Translations under genes and position numbers: made by a program
In this document: piece after piece, positions 9,701-18,900 of the stretch
Position numbering within the stretch: the stretch's first letter is position 1
Layout of the letters: every line of letters begins with the position of its first letter
The notes under the pieces: generated by a model
What the model was told of the DNA's origin: nothing
The model's input: only the letters and a program-made list of their open reading frames with translations
The model's database searches: none
Source: Enoplolaimus lenunculus
Lineage: Eukaryota
Assembly: GCA_030248215.1 (NCBI GenBank)
Contig: JASANG010003765.1
Location: 1 to 64,000 of the forward strand
DNA length: 64,000 bases
Reading direction: 5' to 3'

Positions 9701-12700
9701 TGCTGTTAAGCTAGCTACTTCCACTGTGCATAGTGCTAGTTTGCATAACATTAGTTGTACTTCCGCGTTGACAACTAGTTGCGGATTTTGTAGTCGAGAG
9801 AAACGGCTAGGTAGGATTTGTGGTGGTTCGTAATAGCGGTGTATGCTACATATTGTTTTTGTTCTTATTGTTTCATTGTAGGTTATATTTTGTGTTTTGT
9901 TGTATATTGTTATAGGTGTTTTTGTGATATCTTAAATAAATATAAAATTGACTATGGTGGCCGGGCCGCTTTTGTTTTTCGTCATATTGAACACCTTCAC
10001 TGTGAGAGTTCTCTCAGTGCTTGAGCTTCATCCTCGTGTATAGCTGACCTCAGCAAAAAAAGCTCTCGGCACAGAATCTTTGCTTAAATAAAGATATCAA
10101 ATTGAAATGGAAAATGTTCGTACTGTGAAACGACGTTTTCTATAAGGCATCAATGTGCGTTTCAATTTTAAATGATGCAATATAATTTAACAAACTGCAT
10201 TTCACTACTGCGTTTTGCTTTATAAAGATGAACTCGGGTGTGCTTGACTTACTCTGTTAATTACGCCACCTCATATATGCACCAAAATTTAAATAATCAT
10301 GCCGCACTATATTTTTTCAACCTAAATTTGTAAGCGTATATATCTATTGTTGCAATACTTATATTTATCACTTTTGCAGTTTAGCGGCTTTTTTGAACCG
10401 TAACGACAGCTAAGTTTTGATGATATTGAATTGGTTTAATTTGCACAAAATGTGGACAATGTGCAAAGAAATAGGCTCTCGGACAAAGTCGTTGGTCTTA
10501 GGTGATTGGCTTAAACTTAGGCAAAGGCTAACATTTTGTGAGACCCTTTCCAGATATAGAAATTTATGTATCATGGTTTGTGTTACTATCGATTTTGGAT
10601 TTGCAACTCTGGTCAAGCAAAAAAATAGCGACACCTGTCTGAGACCGTCAGTTGTACCCTGATGTTAGAACAATGTTCGTAGTAACACATGCAAATTTAC
10701 AGAAAACGCGTCTGATTGCTAGAAAATAACGATTGCTGTCTAAACGGTACAGTGGCGGATCCAGGATCTCAAAATGGGGCTGGGGCCAAAATTTCACACG
10801 TAATAAACTTACTTTTGACCCATACACAAATCACGAACTATTGTCACAAAATTGCTATATAATTTTTGTCGAGATGCTGTTGGGGGCCACGGCCGGGGTG
10901 GGCCCCCCATGGATCCGCCATTGAAACGGTATGCCTTAGAACCGCGTCAAAGACACACAGAACGCTTTTTGTGTTTTAAAAATTCGTTTATATTCGTTGT
11001 GATAAACTCTAAAAAACGTTTAGATTTCACTGTTCAAGCGATTCATTTTAGATTTTGTGTGCTTGGAGCTACTTGAAACATGGTTGATTTTACGGAAATA
11101 TTCAATCAACCTAGGCAACGGGTTTGTTAGCTTTTTATCGGAAAAAAAACAAAAAAAAGCTTTAAAAAATTGAAAAACACGCACTTCTAGTTCAACAAAT
11201 GCAAGGACGGTTAATAGATGCTAAATCTGGTACCAAAGAGATACTGAGACTGTCACATGACTAGTTTACTAAATCTATATGGGGTACACGGTACATAAGT
11301 GTCAGATGCCCAAAAATGCCACCTGCCACTTTGGTGGCCACAAATCTTTTGAGTTTGAGTTCGGTATAGATTTTCCTCAATAGAATTTGTAGTTTCATTG
11401 TTCACATGAATACAACCAAAAGTTTAGTTCAAAACTAAAAGTGTTATTTAGCTGGAACGTTGATCAAGCAAAAACAAGAAAATGAAAATATATAATATAT
11501 ATACAGCAATAATTTTAATGCTAAAGAATTCTGTAGTGAGTGACCCGAATACGAGGATGGTAATACTATATTTTACCTCTCCAGAAGGTGCCCACCACAA
11601 CCCGTTATTCGGTTACGGACTGTAATTAATTTTCATTCCCCCTATGTAGTTAGACGGACCTAACGTCGTTTTCTATATCTTTTCATTAGTGTAGGACTGA
11701 CTTTTGCTGGTTGCCATATGCGTTAGTTTTTTTCTGAATTTAATATAGTTTATAAGGGTTGATTGAATCAATGTCTGTTACATATATGAGCAGCACGCGC
11801 TATCCTGTTTTGGTCTAGTTTATGGACTCAGTTAGGACTTATGGACTCCATCCATAAACGGACTCGGAGTTTTATTAGGGATCAAGGGCGTTCCCACGGA
11901 GGGCGGGCATTGGGGGGGCCGTGCCCCCAAAGTTTTCGCTGGTGGACCCCTTATAGACTCGGTCTAAAAGTAAAACAATTTTGAACTGCAATTGTAGGGG
12001 CCCCAAAATTATTCGGTGCCCCCAAATAGTGACACGTAAAATTTGAACCTCTCCTATAAATCTATCTTTTTTGTGTGACTACAAAACGGTTTCCTTCTAA
12101 AATCATCGTGAGTAAAATCAGACCTCGGCTGAGGCAACAAAAATTACGTCACTTTCCAATTCAGCTTCATCACAGATACACAGAGCGCAAGTACCAAACA
12201 AAGTCTGGTATATTCAATCAAACAGGTATTACAAAATTCAGCAAATCAGATCAGCGCCGTTGACAATTACGCAAAACACGAACCGAATGGAAGGCGTGAG
12301 ACAAACAATTCGCCAAACTTTCCGCGACTATTTGTCGCTGTTCCGCAAGTTATTTGCTAAAATTAATACATTTTTAAAAAGAGATTTTTTGCACCACTTT
12401 GATAAAAAATGGCCGATTTTCCGTTGATTTTTTCCGATGACCAGCCTTGACTTTAAACTCAAAAAGCGTTCAGAACTGGCTTTTTCTTTGACACGTTTCT
12501 CTTTAATAGTATTTTTAATGTTATCATTTTTGCTGTATATTTTTTAGGTATCGACTGGATTTGATGAAAACATTCGTGATAGTTACAGTTTAACAGTTGA
12601 CATTATAGATTTGAAAAAGTATGTTCGATTACTGTCACCCGATACATTATACCGAGAGTGCATAATGCAGCATGCATGGAAAATAGTACTTATGCAGTTT

Positions 12701-15700
12701 GAGTACACGGTGCGTTCAAAAATCATAATCCAGTATAAGTTACGTTTTGGTGCCCCGCCCTATTTATATATGAAGGTATACCCACTGAACGTATTTTTGC
12801 AATTTGAACTTTTGCAATAATCGTCAGCACCGAGTCGCTTTGTCTATATGCACAAAAGTAACTTTTTAAACTGCTTTTCATTAAGTTCATAGGGGGTCCA
12901 TATTCCATACGTCCGCCGGGTTCATATAAGCTGTATTCTAGGCTACTCAAACATGTAACACACTCAGACAACCCGTATAAATGGCAATTAAGAAAAATGC
13001 ATCAGAGCAAGTTGGTTCAGCTTAAATGAAAAAATATAAAAAAGAAAGATGTTGATCCAAGTCACAATGAGTGAATTTAGAACAAATAACAGTTCGCAAC
13101 AGAATAATAGAGGATATCCTCTGGAAATGCAAAATAAATATCAGTCCCCCTTGTATTTGTGTCGCTTCGAGATTATGCATATTTTTGGACATAAGCCTAA
13201 GCGTAAAAATAAGTGTTAATCTTAGGCCTAAGTCTAAGAGCCAAAGCAAAAATAATCTACGATCTAAACCTACTGTATTGATATGGACCTAAAAGTCACT
13301 CTCATAGGTGAAGATTCCTTTTTCACGATTCATATCTTGACGCTTGCTGGTTGTCTTATGTAAACTTAGCATTAACAGATCAGCGTTAAAAATACCTGAT
13401 ACGGAGTTTATTATATAAAATTAAAAGGTTCACCGCCGCGGACCCTTTTCCTGCTTCACCCACTTGATATTTAAATCTGCTACAACACCATTTTACATTT
13501 TAGCTCAAGCGAGTTACCTGCGACACAAGCGTTTAACACATGGAACAGTATTAATACCATCAAAACAACGGAAGCATATGTTGTTGTTGACTTCAGTATA
13601 TACTTCTTTAAATACCCCAACGCAACAGATGCACCACCAATTGATGATAAAACAGTCAGACAGGGTCTGGAGAACGCAACCTCCGATTGGAATGTTCGAG
13701 AAGTTACAAGTAAAAACTAAATAACAACATACAATTACAAGTTAGCTCGGTTGCTGACCCAACATATTAAATGGGTCAAACAGTAAGACGCGTAGCCAAG
13801 CTTAAAGCTTGCGAGGGTACAAAATTGTGTAAAAAGAAATTTTCTTACCTCTAGGATCCAGAACTTCGTTCCAAACGCTGTGCAATGACGTTTTTCTTGT
13901 TTCCTAAAATTGAGGAACGTTCGTTGTATGCACTTTGGTTTAGTATGTTGAAATTTTTTCGTATCAATAAGCTTTTATGAGAAACCGTCGAAGTTTGCAC
14001 AAATAATGCACTTTTGGATCGAAAGGGGGGTATCGGCTATCCTGGCATTGCCCTTAAGCGACTAAAACCAACGTTTTGTATTAAGGTTTGGCAATAAATG
14101 GCGAGTTTTTTTCTATTTATCATCTTGCCCACCCTATCCTTAAATATTTAGTGAGCCGTCGGTTGTATGACGTCATATGCGCGCAACATTGTGTTGTAAA
14201 TATCGTGCAATTGTACCGACGTGCTCAACTATAGTTAAAACCAATCACAAATTCATGTAGAGTTAATGTCCACTAAATAATATTTAAAATTGTCAACTTC
14301 AAATTTTGTAGATAAGCGTTTGGCGAGTTTTTATTTCTATTAATCATCTTGCCCACCCTTTTTTTAAAAATTTAGTGAGCCGTCGGTTGTATGACGTCAT
14401 ATGCGCGCAACATTGTGTTGTAAATATCGTGCAATTGTACCGACGTGCTCAACTATAGTTAAAACCAATCACAAATTCATGTAGAGTTAATGTCCACTAA
14501 ATAATATTTAAAATTGTCAACTTCAAATTTTGTAGATAAGCGTTTGGCGAGTTTTTATTTCTATTAATCATCTTGCCCACCCTTTCCTTAAAAATTTAGT
14601 GAGCCGTCGGTTGTATGACGTCATATGCGCGCAACATTGTGTTGTAAATATCGTGCAATTGTACCGACGTGCTCAACTATAGTTAAAACCAATCACAAAT
14701 TCATGTAGAGTTAATGTGCACTAAATAATATTTAAAATTGTCAACTTCAAATTTTGTAGATAAGCGTTCGAATTTCAATATGAATGTTTGAACTGAAACT
14801 TAATATTCCCGTGATCGATTCCCAATTTTGTAATGATGAGTTTGTGGCTTTGAAGTTACCGTAAATGCGTATCGGAACATCGGCCCATGTAAAGATCAGG
14901 GGTGGAATGTTTTTCCGTGGGACTAGTATAAGCTTAAGCTTTAGACTAATTTTTTGATTGGCTTAGGCTTACGCTTAGGAATAAGCTCATCCTTGTGCTT
15001 ACGCTTACGCTTAGGCTTAGGAACTGTTCCGCTCCTGTTCTTTACATTGGCTAGAACATCGTTGAATAACTGTAGTAATTAAGGTTACTGTGACAATGAC
15101 ATATAACCAGAACCATAGTACTTTTAAGTTATGGATGTGTTTCCTAAAATTTGGTTTCAGACACTCGTGAGGTTCGAGCTCACGACACACGGCTTACCGG
15201 TCCACTGCTCTAACCACAAAGCTGCGCTGCAATGCAAAATTTCTGTTTTACAATGGTTCTATATACCGTAAGACTTGTAGCAGCGATTAGATGCGTATAT
15301 GAACACGCCGCGGAATTGTTTACTCCTATACTCTAGCTCCTTTGAACATTTGTGTGTTTCAGACGATAACGTTACAACTCCATCTACTCCAGCAGCCACA
15401 TCAACTCGATCAGTTTCGACGGGATCAACTGGTGCCATTAGTTCCGCTTCAACGGCATCTGAGGCAAGCACAACGTTCTATTCAACAGAATCGTCGCCGA
15501 GCGCAGAAACAACTGCTGGCTTTTCGAGTATGACGTCAGAAATAACGACAGCAACTCGAACTGCAACGACGGAAGGATCAACTACAGGCCTTTCGACCAC
15601 AATGACAACTGAAACAGCAATTTCTACCTCTTCGATTACGACAGTTACTGAAGCAACAACGGCTTCTCTAACTGTAACAACTGCAGAAACAACTACAGTT

Positions 15701-15979
15701 GCTGCGACTACAACGACTACACATGCAAATACAACCATCGTGACTACGACCGTAGAAGCAACTACAGTTGCCGCAGTTACAACGACTACAGAAGCAACTA
15801 CAGTCTCCACATCTACGACTACAGAAGCAACTACAGTCTCCACATCTACGACTACAAAAGCAACTACAGTCGGCGCTAATACAACGGCTGCAGAGCCAAC
15901 TGCAGTCGCCGCGACTTCAACGAGTACAGAGACAACTACAGTCGCTGCAAATTCAACAACTACAAATACAACTACATAA
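756..15979 (+). CDS. Spliced host gene: type II single-pass membrane protein with a SEA domain and a C-terminal Thr/Ser-rich mucin tail (about 436 aa)
   Basis: Phase-consistent GT-AG exons: 756-789 (tentative ATG exon), 1129-1392 (TM segment ACVCFLILILFAAIAATLGVVVALYI), 3082-3200 (YEFNAQI...YVEAFADSTSKEYKNYTSQF, SEA N-half), 12548-12618 (LTVDIIDLK), 13504-13709 (YVVVDFSIYF, SEA core strand) and 15363-15979 (Thr-rich tail to TAA). The exon lengths sum to a multiple of 3. Confidence 0.8.
1016..1110. repeat. (TTA/TTG)n microsatellite immediately upstream of a splice acceptor
   Basis: Directly visible trinucleotide repeat. Confidence 0.95.
1606..2943. mobile_element. Non-autonomous DNA transposon in a TA-rich site, with a nested hAT-like element (about 1660-2740)
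   Basis: Imperfect terminal inverted repeats (TIRs) tgtcgtggccgatctgctattcag / ctgaatagcagattgacctgcgaca flanked by ATAT runs. The inner segment is bounded by ggggttg...caaccctg and carries ggaaaaa subterminal repeats also seen near 17.1, 18.0 and 60.1 kb. Confidence 0.55.
3423..3745 (+). repeat. 5' LTR (323 bp)
   Basis: Runs TGTAGCGCCC...ACACCTTCA and is a direct repeat of 9677-9999. Contains AATAAA at 3681 and the ORF1 ATG at 3700. Confidence 0.97.
3700..6240 (+). CDS. gag: ORF1 polyprotein: TM/polybasic protein - 2A - IMPACT (UPF0029) domain + TM - 2A-like motifs - Gag
   Basis: 846-aa ORF from the ATG at 3700. Motifs LLLLVAGDIESNPGP (ends 4293) and LLLMAGIEPNPGP (ends 5208). Gag core PKLPEFY..DVRVWFTQIE, LGDRKPSVLLRQL and CFYHSRFGVRAMKCVKPC. 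Confidence 0.9.
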   Translation: MVAGPLLFFVILNTFINGDPDVGFDVIRQNFAFLFVRWPQPFMHLTINAIGWSAGIVLIVAVVDAIVACLRWRFGKKLSDKRRRQECGVRTSRKRRQTYGNVKLSLLSLFTYLCLQIHGHDYCVALQNNSVFGCSRISYLYVSCEISVSHASKILRQQLVKKRIKFERYCAGKIGFSQASALRLLLLVAGDIESNPGPTLNFVTPRNEVMSLFSGPTFSCRKSVFQAHVACITSVEAVSDVLNVLFAHSKKIASATHNIYAYRLSAGSGDDSGYQDDGETGAGRRLLKAIELASVTNVVVIVTRWYGGVHLGAHRFRIICSLGCDVLKSIQVDRHLVMHKKSPQLLNEKREVTKASRASEVLTSCRKLPLRQKKVVEDFFPSSTFCSNFDSGRDRVDGQTRRLLVQPVQVTGKGKDTRKPFATVVRPFPGLLLGFRFYVVFFVVLVVWIRFLLSADAEIIPRPLRIITCSQRVSCMLFGTSDRHATQLRILLLMAGIEPNPGPPKLDISALDKYSRETLARALQLINEDDMDYVMPGTKRLIMDALALFPSGIVSVALKWADGRPQNTSAEAVVDNRLPKLPEFYQRDVRVWFTQIEPLIEGFSDTAKRNALLNALPTNVMIDSGTTATESYSAIKDCVLNYFGQSEEMQLRKLLEQQTLGDRKPSVLLRQLQSKAPGHAELVKLRFMAALPEKVRISLAVVDDMNIEKLANLADKILEQLSPGVDAEAGMSAEIRNINADTASVLREEMKTMSNSIAQINKRMEGLNRSRDRHRQNGHRYSHSRRSGSNHRSLPRQRFGNRQLCFYHSRFGVRAMKCVKPCDWIVKKPGNVWSPVPQRQEPESTQ
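3750..3764 (+). promoter_or_regulatory. Primer-binding site complementary to the tRNA-Trp 3' end
   Basis: TGGTGACCCCGACGT, 4 nt after the LTR, matches the canonical tRNA-Trp PBS (TGGTGACCCCGACGTGAT) over 15 nt. Confidence 0.92.
4243..4293 (+). other. 2A/StopGo ribosomal-skipping motif 1 (LRLLLLVAGDIESNPG|P)
   Basis: Perfect D(V/I)ExNPGP consensus preceded by G and a Leu-rich helix. Confidence 0.9.
4339..4680 (+). other. IMPACT 'ancient' domain (UPF0029/YigZ family) within ORF1
   Basis: RKSVFQAH, KKIASATHNIYAYR, DDGETGAGRRLL and NVVVIVTRWYGGVHLGAHRF are the signature motifs of the C-terminal domain of eukaryotic IMPACT/Yih1. Confidence 0.92.
5161..5208 (+). other. 2A-like motif (LRILLLMAGIEPNPG|P) immediately before the Gag moiety
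   Basis: IExNPGP with a Leu-rich upstream helix; the conserved Asp is replaced by Gly. Confidence 0.7.
6186..6247 (+). promoter_or_regulatory. -1 programmed ribosomal frameshift signal (G GGA AAC plus H-type pseudoknot)
   Basis: X XXY YYZ heptamer in the gag frame at 6186-6192 and a 7-nt spacer. Stem 1 is CTCCGGTTCC/GGAACCGGAG (6200-6209/6219-6228). Loop GCGAC can pair with GTCGC (6243-6247). pol is in the -1 frame. Confidence 0.88.
6195..9833 (+). CDS. pol: Pol polyprotein (aspartic protease, RT, RNase H, integrase, C-terminal PWWP), expressed by -1 frameshift
   Basis: FLADTGS (protease), RMPFGLRNA and YLDD (RT), TTDAS/DRELLA/TDHKPL/ADALSR (RNase H), H-H-C-C zinc finger and HIDIVGPL...SDRG...ERFHR (integrase), and a GPY/F-like PRYTGPH. 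No stops over 1212 codons. Confidence 0.97.
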   Translation: MVSGSTATGTGVHTINVATPEFGIFLADTGSVKSFLPKLFRTKDCVDNNSSAQNFYAANGSLVKTYGTKEITFHIPQIGKQFSWNFIIADVLQPILGSDFLSEYNLAVDCRNCHLIDGSAIIRKGDSYVTNSVASVASPGAICSLVSNNNEDLKKLLVEFSALFNKPLCGSSVRHKITHKIETKGQPVFAKPRRIFGSKLDIAKKSFEILEKQGVVYRGESPWASPLHMAPKNDVVNPWRPCGDYRQLNKITVPDRYPMPNITDLTNRLGNCNVFSKVDLVSAYHQIPIAEEDQAKTAITTPFGLFIYRRMPFGLRNAAQTFQRLMDTILCDLPFAIAYLDDILIASGSFEQHVKHLRRVFKRLEDNGLQLKMKKCEFFVSQTLFIGFEVSSNGFRPISSKIDAILNYEKPQTVRSLRRFVGMAAFYHRFIPKFSEIAAPLTDLTRNVKKNSKQHLVWNAVADRSFTNLKKALSNSRTLCFPVEHAVLEITTDASNVAVGAALNQVVNGQRQPLSFYSRKLTDAEKKKSTFDRELLAIYAALKHFNWLLGAEFVIRTDHKPLTHALGMKNATPQQARWLSFISEHSCSIEHVSGCDNIVADALSRSGCLAVRFGDDDAIATAQLQDHALQRFFETTSLPLQKLVVNGKTLVCDATTASLRVYVPDSMRRAIFKGIHNVAHTGPKPTLRTIAERFVWPGMNKQVRYWCKVCSQCQTSKIGRHTRSPVGIIPTSARLDTIHIDIVGPLPNSGGCSYLLTMIDRFTRWPEACPIPDMSTVTIVNAFITSWVSRFGVPRVIISDRGAQFESAIWSELMQQLGIERRRTTAYHPSCNGAIERFHRSLKAALRSKCDSFNWTKHLPLVLLGLRCAINRDGFNPAQVLYGKSLDLPIHYFFSKTPEYKEYSNQFLEQFFSGLNSFSVPSRSHNVPCFVPKDLGSCKFVWVRNAVPRNALQPRYTGPHKVIQRDGKTIVLEQNGKETRVSIDRTKPAFLDVTVAHGIEHGYQQLNGKGDGHKRVFKTILRAKVTNYKMFNPATLAHGHVVSAKVKNFPSWPARVVSIVNTPLEALRQPKNTCAVQFFKTNRYAFIRYSDLSRFTFNTQTNNSVLRCALRLAEDSIEKIGLFRDRVNKIPHDTVHLKHVSFFGGINYLKNRRSAHNGGGNVAPTENNFAVKLATSTVHSASLHNISCTSALTTSCGFCSREKRLGRICGGS
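9300..9545 (+). other. PWWP domain at the integrase C-terminus
   Basis: GHVVSAKVKNFPSWPARV...CAVQFFKTNRYAFIRYSDLSRF...LRCALRLAE matches the PWWP pattern GDxVWAKxKGYPxWPAxV...VxFFGTxxxAW...L..F plus the terminal helix. Confidence 0.88.
9666..9676 (+). promoter_or_regulatory. Polypurine tract
   Basis: GGCGGGGGTAA directly abuts the 3' LTR. Confidence 0.8.
9677..9999 (+). repeat. 3' LTR (323 bp)
   Basis: Identical to the 5' LTR and followed by the TSD CTGT. Confidence 0.97.
10750..10923. mobile_element. hAT-type MITE
   Basis: TIRs CAGTGGCGGATCCA / TGGATCCGCCATTG with a perfect 8-bp TSD AAACGGTA (10742-10749 and 10924-10931). Confidence 0.88.
11531..11880 (+). mobile_element. Degenerate copy of the CTGTAGTGACCCG MITE family
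   Basis: Shares the TIR start and internal motifs (ctctccagaaggtgccc, ttattcggttacggactg) with 24384-24825. Confidence 0.55.
14099..14768. repeat. Tandem repeat, 3 x about 223 bp, intronic
   Basis: Near-identical units start at 14099, 14321 and 14545. Confidence 0.95.
14881..15060 (+). mobile_element. MITE family with an internal (TTAGGC)-like hexamer array
   Basis: ggcccatgtaaagatcagggg head plus ggctta repeats. Related copies at about 33640-33775, 47457-47619, 48112-48322 and 59270-59440. Confidence 0.7.
15161..15230 (-). repeat. tRNA-derived sequence (SINE head or tRNA pseudogene)
   Basis: The minus strand reads gcagctttgtggttagagcag...gtgagctcgaacctcac, with A-box-like and B-box-like motifs and a T-arm stem. 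It is not a perfect cloverleaf. Confidence 0.5.
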
Positions 15980-18900
15980 TACTTTTTTCATTTTAATTTG
16001 TAAATCACATAATGTGGTTTTAGTATTGGTGCAAAAAAGCAATTCTGGTTCTGTGCTGTGCACTTTAAATTAGCCTCAGTGTTGGTCAAACATTACCCAA
16101 TCAAACTAAGAATACGATATCAAATACGTAGTTTTTTTCTGTTCTGCTAAAGATCGTAGAAAACCAATTCTAAAATGTTCTACGTCTTCCGGCGTATTGG
16201 TATTTGGTTTGAGGGTTTATTGGTCAAAGTGAACTTTTAAAAATGGCTGTTTAATTTTAAAATCAGATTGTTTGACTTGTTGGCCTTACTGAAATTGCCT
16301 CGGTTGATCACAACTATAAAAGCTGATCTTGTGCCGTTTGGTACGGGGTTGTCAAGTAAATGAGAACTAAGCATGCAAGCAAGTGTTTTTTAAACATTTT
16401 TTGTCGGTTCTTCATAAAATGTAGTTTTGTTTTGTTGGTGGCCAGTGAACAACATGATTTTATGGTATACGATTGTTGGTTTTTTTGAAATATTGAAGTG
16501 AAACGTGTATATTATTCTATGTTGGTTGTTTGAGCAAGCGAAAGAAAATATTTTAGTGGTACTTTGCAGTGTACTAATAATGAAACAACTATTTACTGAG
16601 AAAATGCTCAAATAGGCTCTTATAGCCTTATTCTATGTTCATCCGCATTATCAAAAAATGATATTTCACGCAAGCATAGTTAATAAAACATTAAACAATA
16701 GAGCATGAATGTCCACAAATCAGACACTTCTCCATGTACAAGTATCGGAGTACCGAAAAGAAAAAGGGTCTCTTGTATATTTGGCCCCGCAAGCTTGAGT
16801 ATAAGCCTAAGCTAAAGCCAAAGCTTAAGCCAAAGTCTATGCCTAAAACTAACGCTATCCCTAGACCTATAAGCAGGAGTGTACACAAAGGTCATAGAGA
16901 AGATATATACATTATATTTTTTGGAAAAACCCGAAAAATGCACCTTAACAGGGTGTAAAAGGTGCAAACGCTAAAACGTTATCTCGGTCGCTATGCTAGG
17001 TCGCCAAACCTTATCACAACACATGACGGCTAGCAGGAAGACAGGTAACCGCAGATTTGGTTTTTTCCGGAAAAATTGAATCGACCGGAAACAAGGTTTT
17101 TTCATTTTTTTCAGAAAAAACGGAAAAATTGAAATTCATGTAAGTACTAATGCTTCCGTAGGCGCAAAAACGCTGATGGATAATTTGTTTATTGAAAAAA
17201 TGAGTTTGAGAGAATCAAATGACTATTTTATTAAGTGTCAACATTTGTTAAAAACATAATGATAAGCATACGGCACACACTGAAACTTGCGGCGTGCGTT
17301 GAGTCCAGCAAAAAACCTGCATACAAGTTTTGTAGTTTTATTGATATATGAAAAATGAAATTAATCAAAACTGAGGTTCCGAACAAAACACGGCCTGTAT
17401 CTGTAATAAAAGTTGCATCACAGAGAAATAGTAAAATCTCAAGTAGATATAGCAATCACCTTAATATTAAGATTAAGGAAGTATATGGTAGCAGGAATGC
17501 AAACAGGAATCCCTGTTAGATTAGGAAAGCTTTTATATGGCATAGTTTTTGGCACCGTAGGATTGCTATGGCGAGAGCAGACACAACTCTACTCGCCCTG
17601 CGTCAACCTCTGAAGAGCCACCGTAGCTTCAGAAAAGTGCCGTTGAATTTAGAACCTGTAAACATGTGTTTTCATGATCTTTCCAGTAGGTTAGGAGAGG
17701 CACGTATGCAACAATTTTTCCAACCAGCGAATGCAACGGTGGAACCAAGATTTTGTATTTAAAGATATAGCGCTAACATAGCATTTGGTTTCTGGCGCGC
17801 TTTGCTCGCGGATATTCCCCTATATCTTGTGAGGTCCATCATATTAGAGTTTCCCGGATCCGCACTGATTCCTCCCCCACTAAGTCAAAAATACAATTTA
17901 TCACGGTTTGTGAGATGTTTTGTCGCTGTTTTGCGAGTAATTTAATGAGAATATGATAAAAAGATTTTTTCCGTTTTTTGCGTTTTTCCACCTTCTCGGA
18001 AAAAACGGAAAATAGTGGAAAAAAGCCGTTCTTTGCGTTGGTTTTTTCAGGCATCCAACTCTGGGTAACAGGTTTTTTTCAGCATTCTGGTGTGAAATTG
18101 AACAGCATTGCCAACTGGGCCTAAACGTAAACCAGTCTCTATGTCTTCCAGCTCCAATGTCTTCTAGTGGCCAGTTGGCAGACACCTATAATTAACATGG
18201 GCCTATAAAATTGCTCAAATTGAAAATTTGCATATTTGAATAAGGAGCTTCGCAACGAATAGAAAAGTGAAGGGTCAAAGTTCTGACGTCGGGTTCACTG
18301 TCATGGGCGAATCCAAAAATTTCTGGCGACAGAAACATATGTATGACAATTCGTGGGAAACCGGTACCAAAAGCGCATCAGACCAGTTTTAAGCTTGGAA
18401 GGAACTTTTTAAATATTGACAGACTCAGGAAACAGTTGAACGTTATGCCTACGTATATCTGGTGATGTGGGTCGGACTGATGCATCATTGATATGAGCAC
18501 AATTTTAACAATCTGCACGAGCGCAGCGAGCGATAAAACCAAACACATTTTCTGTATTAACTCCGACGCGGAACCACAGCTTGGAGTACATCTGTTTGTA
18601 AGTACGTAAAAGCTATACGTTACTCGCAACCAACCACATGCGGAGGAAGAACAGTGAAAGAACCCTCCTGAACGAAGCGAGCTAGAAACCGGAGGCAAAT
18701 TTAGTAATAAGGTCAGACAAAATTATGTCTTGCCAGACTCCAACGAAGAAAGGTTTCATGTTTTAGGTTAAGTTAGATTTTCCTATCACATAATGACCCC
18801 ATTCAAACACACCGGATGTTCCGAAGATAATCACTCTGACGAGAATATGCAACTGATTCTTCAATTCTATTGTGTGTTTCACGCGGAAGGTTGGTACCCC

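Larger units (their letters stand above)
3423..9999 (+). mobile_element. Full-length Ty3/Gypsy LTR retrotransposon, CsRn1/Kabuki-like lineage, with 2A-separated cargo ORF1 and PWWP-tailed Pol
   Basis: TG...CA LTRs of 323 bp, identical by eye. 4-bp TSD CTGT at 3419-3422 and 10000-10003. tRNA-Trp PBS, polypurine tract (PPT), and intact gag and pol in PR-RT-RH-IN order. The Gag C-X2-H-X9-C-X3-C motif is typical of the CsRn1 lineage. Confidence 0.97.

Noticed and set aside
15161..15230. Functional tRNA gene
   Set aside because: The acceptor and anticodon stems are imperfect and the B box is altered, so it is kept only as a tRNA-derived repeat.
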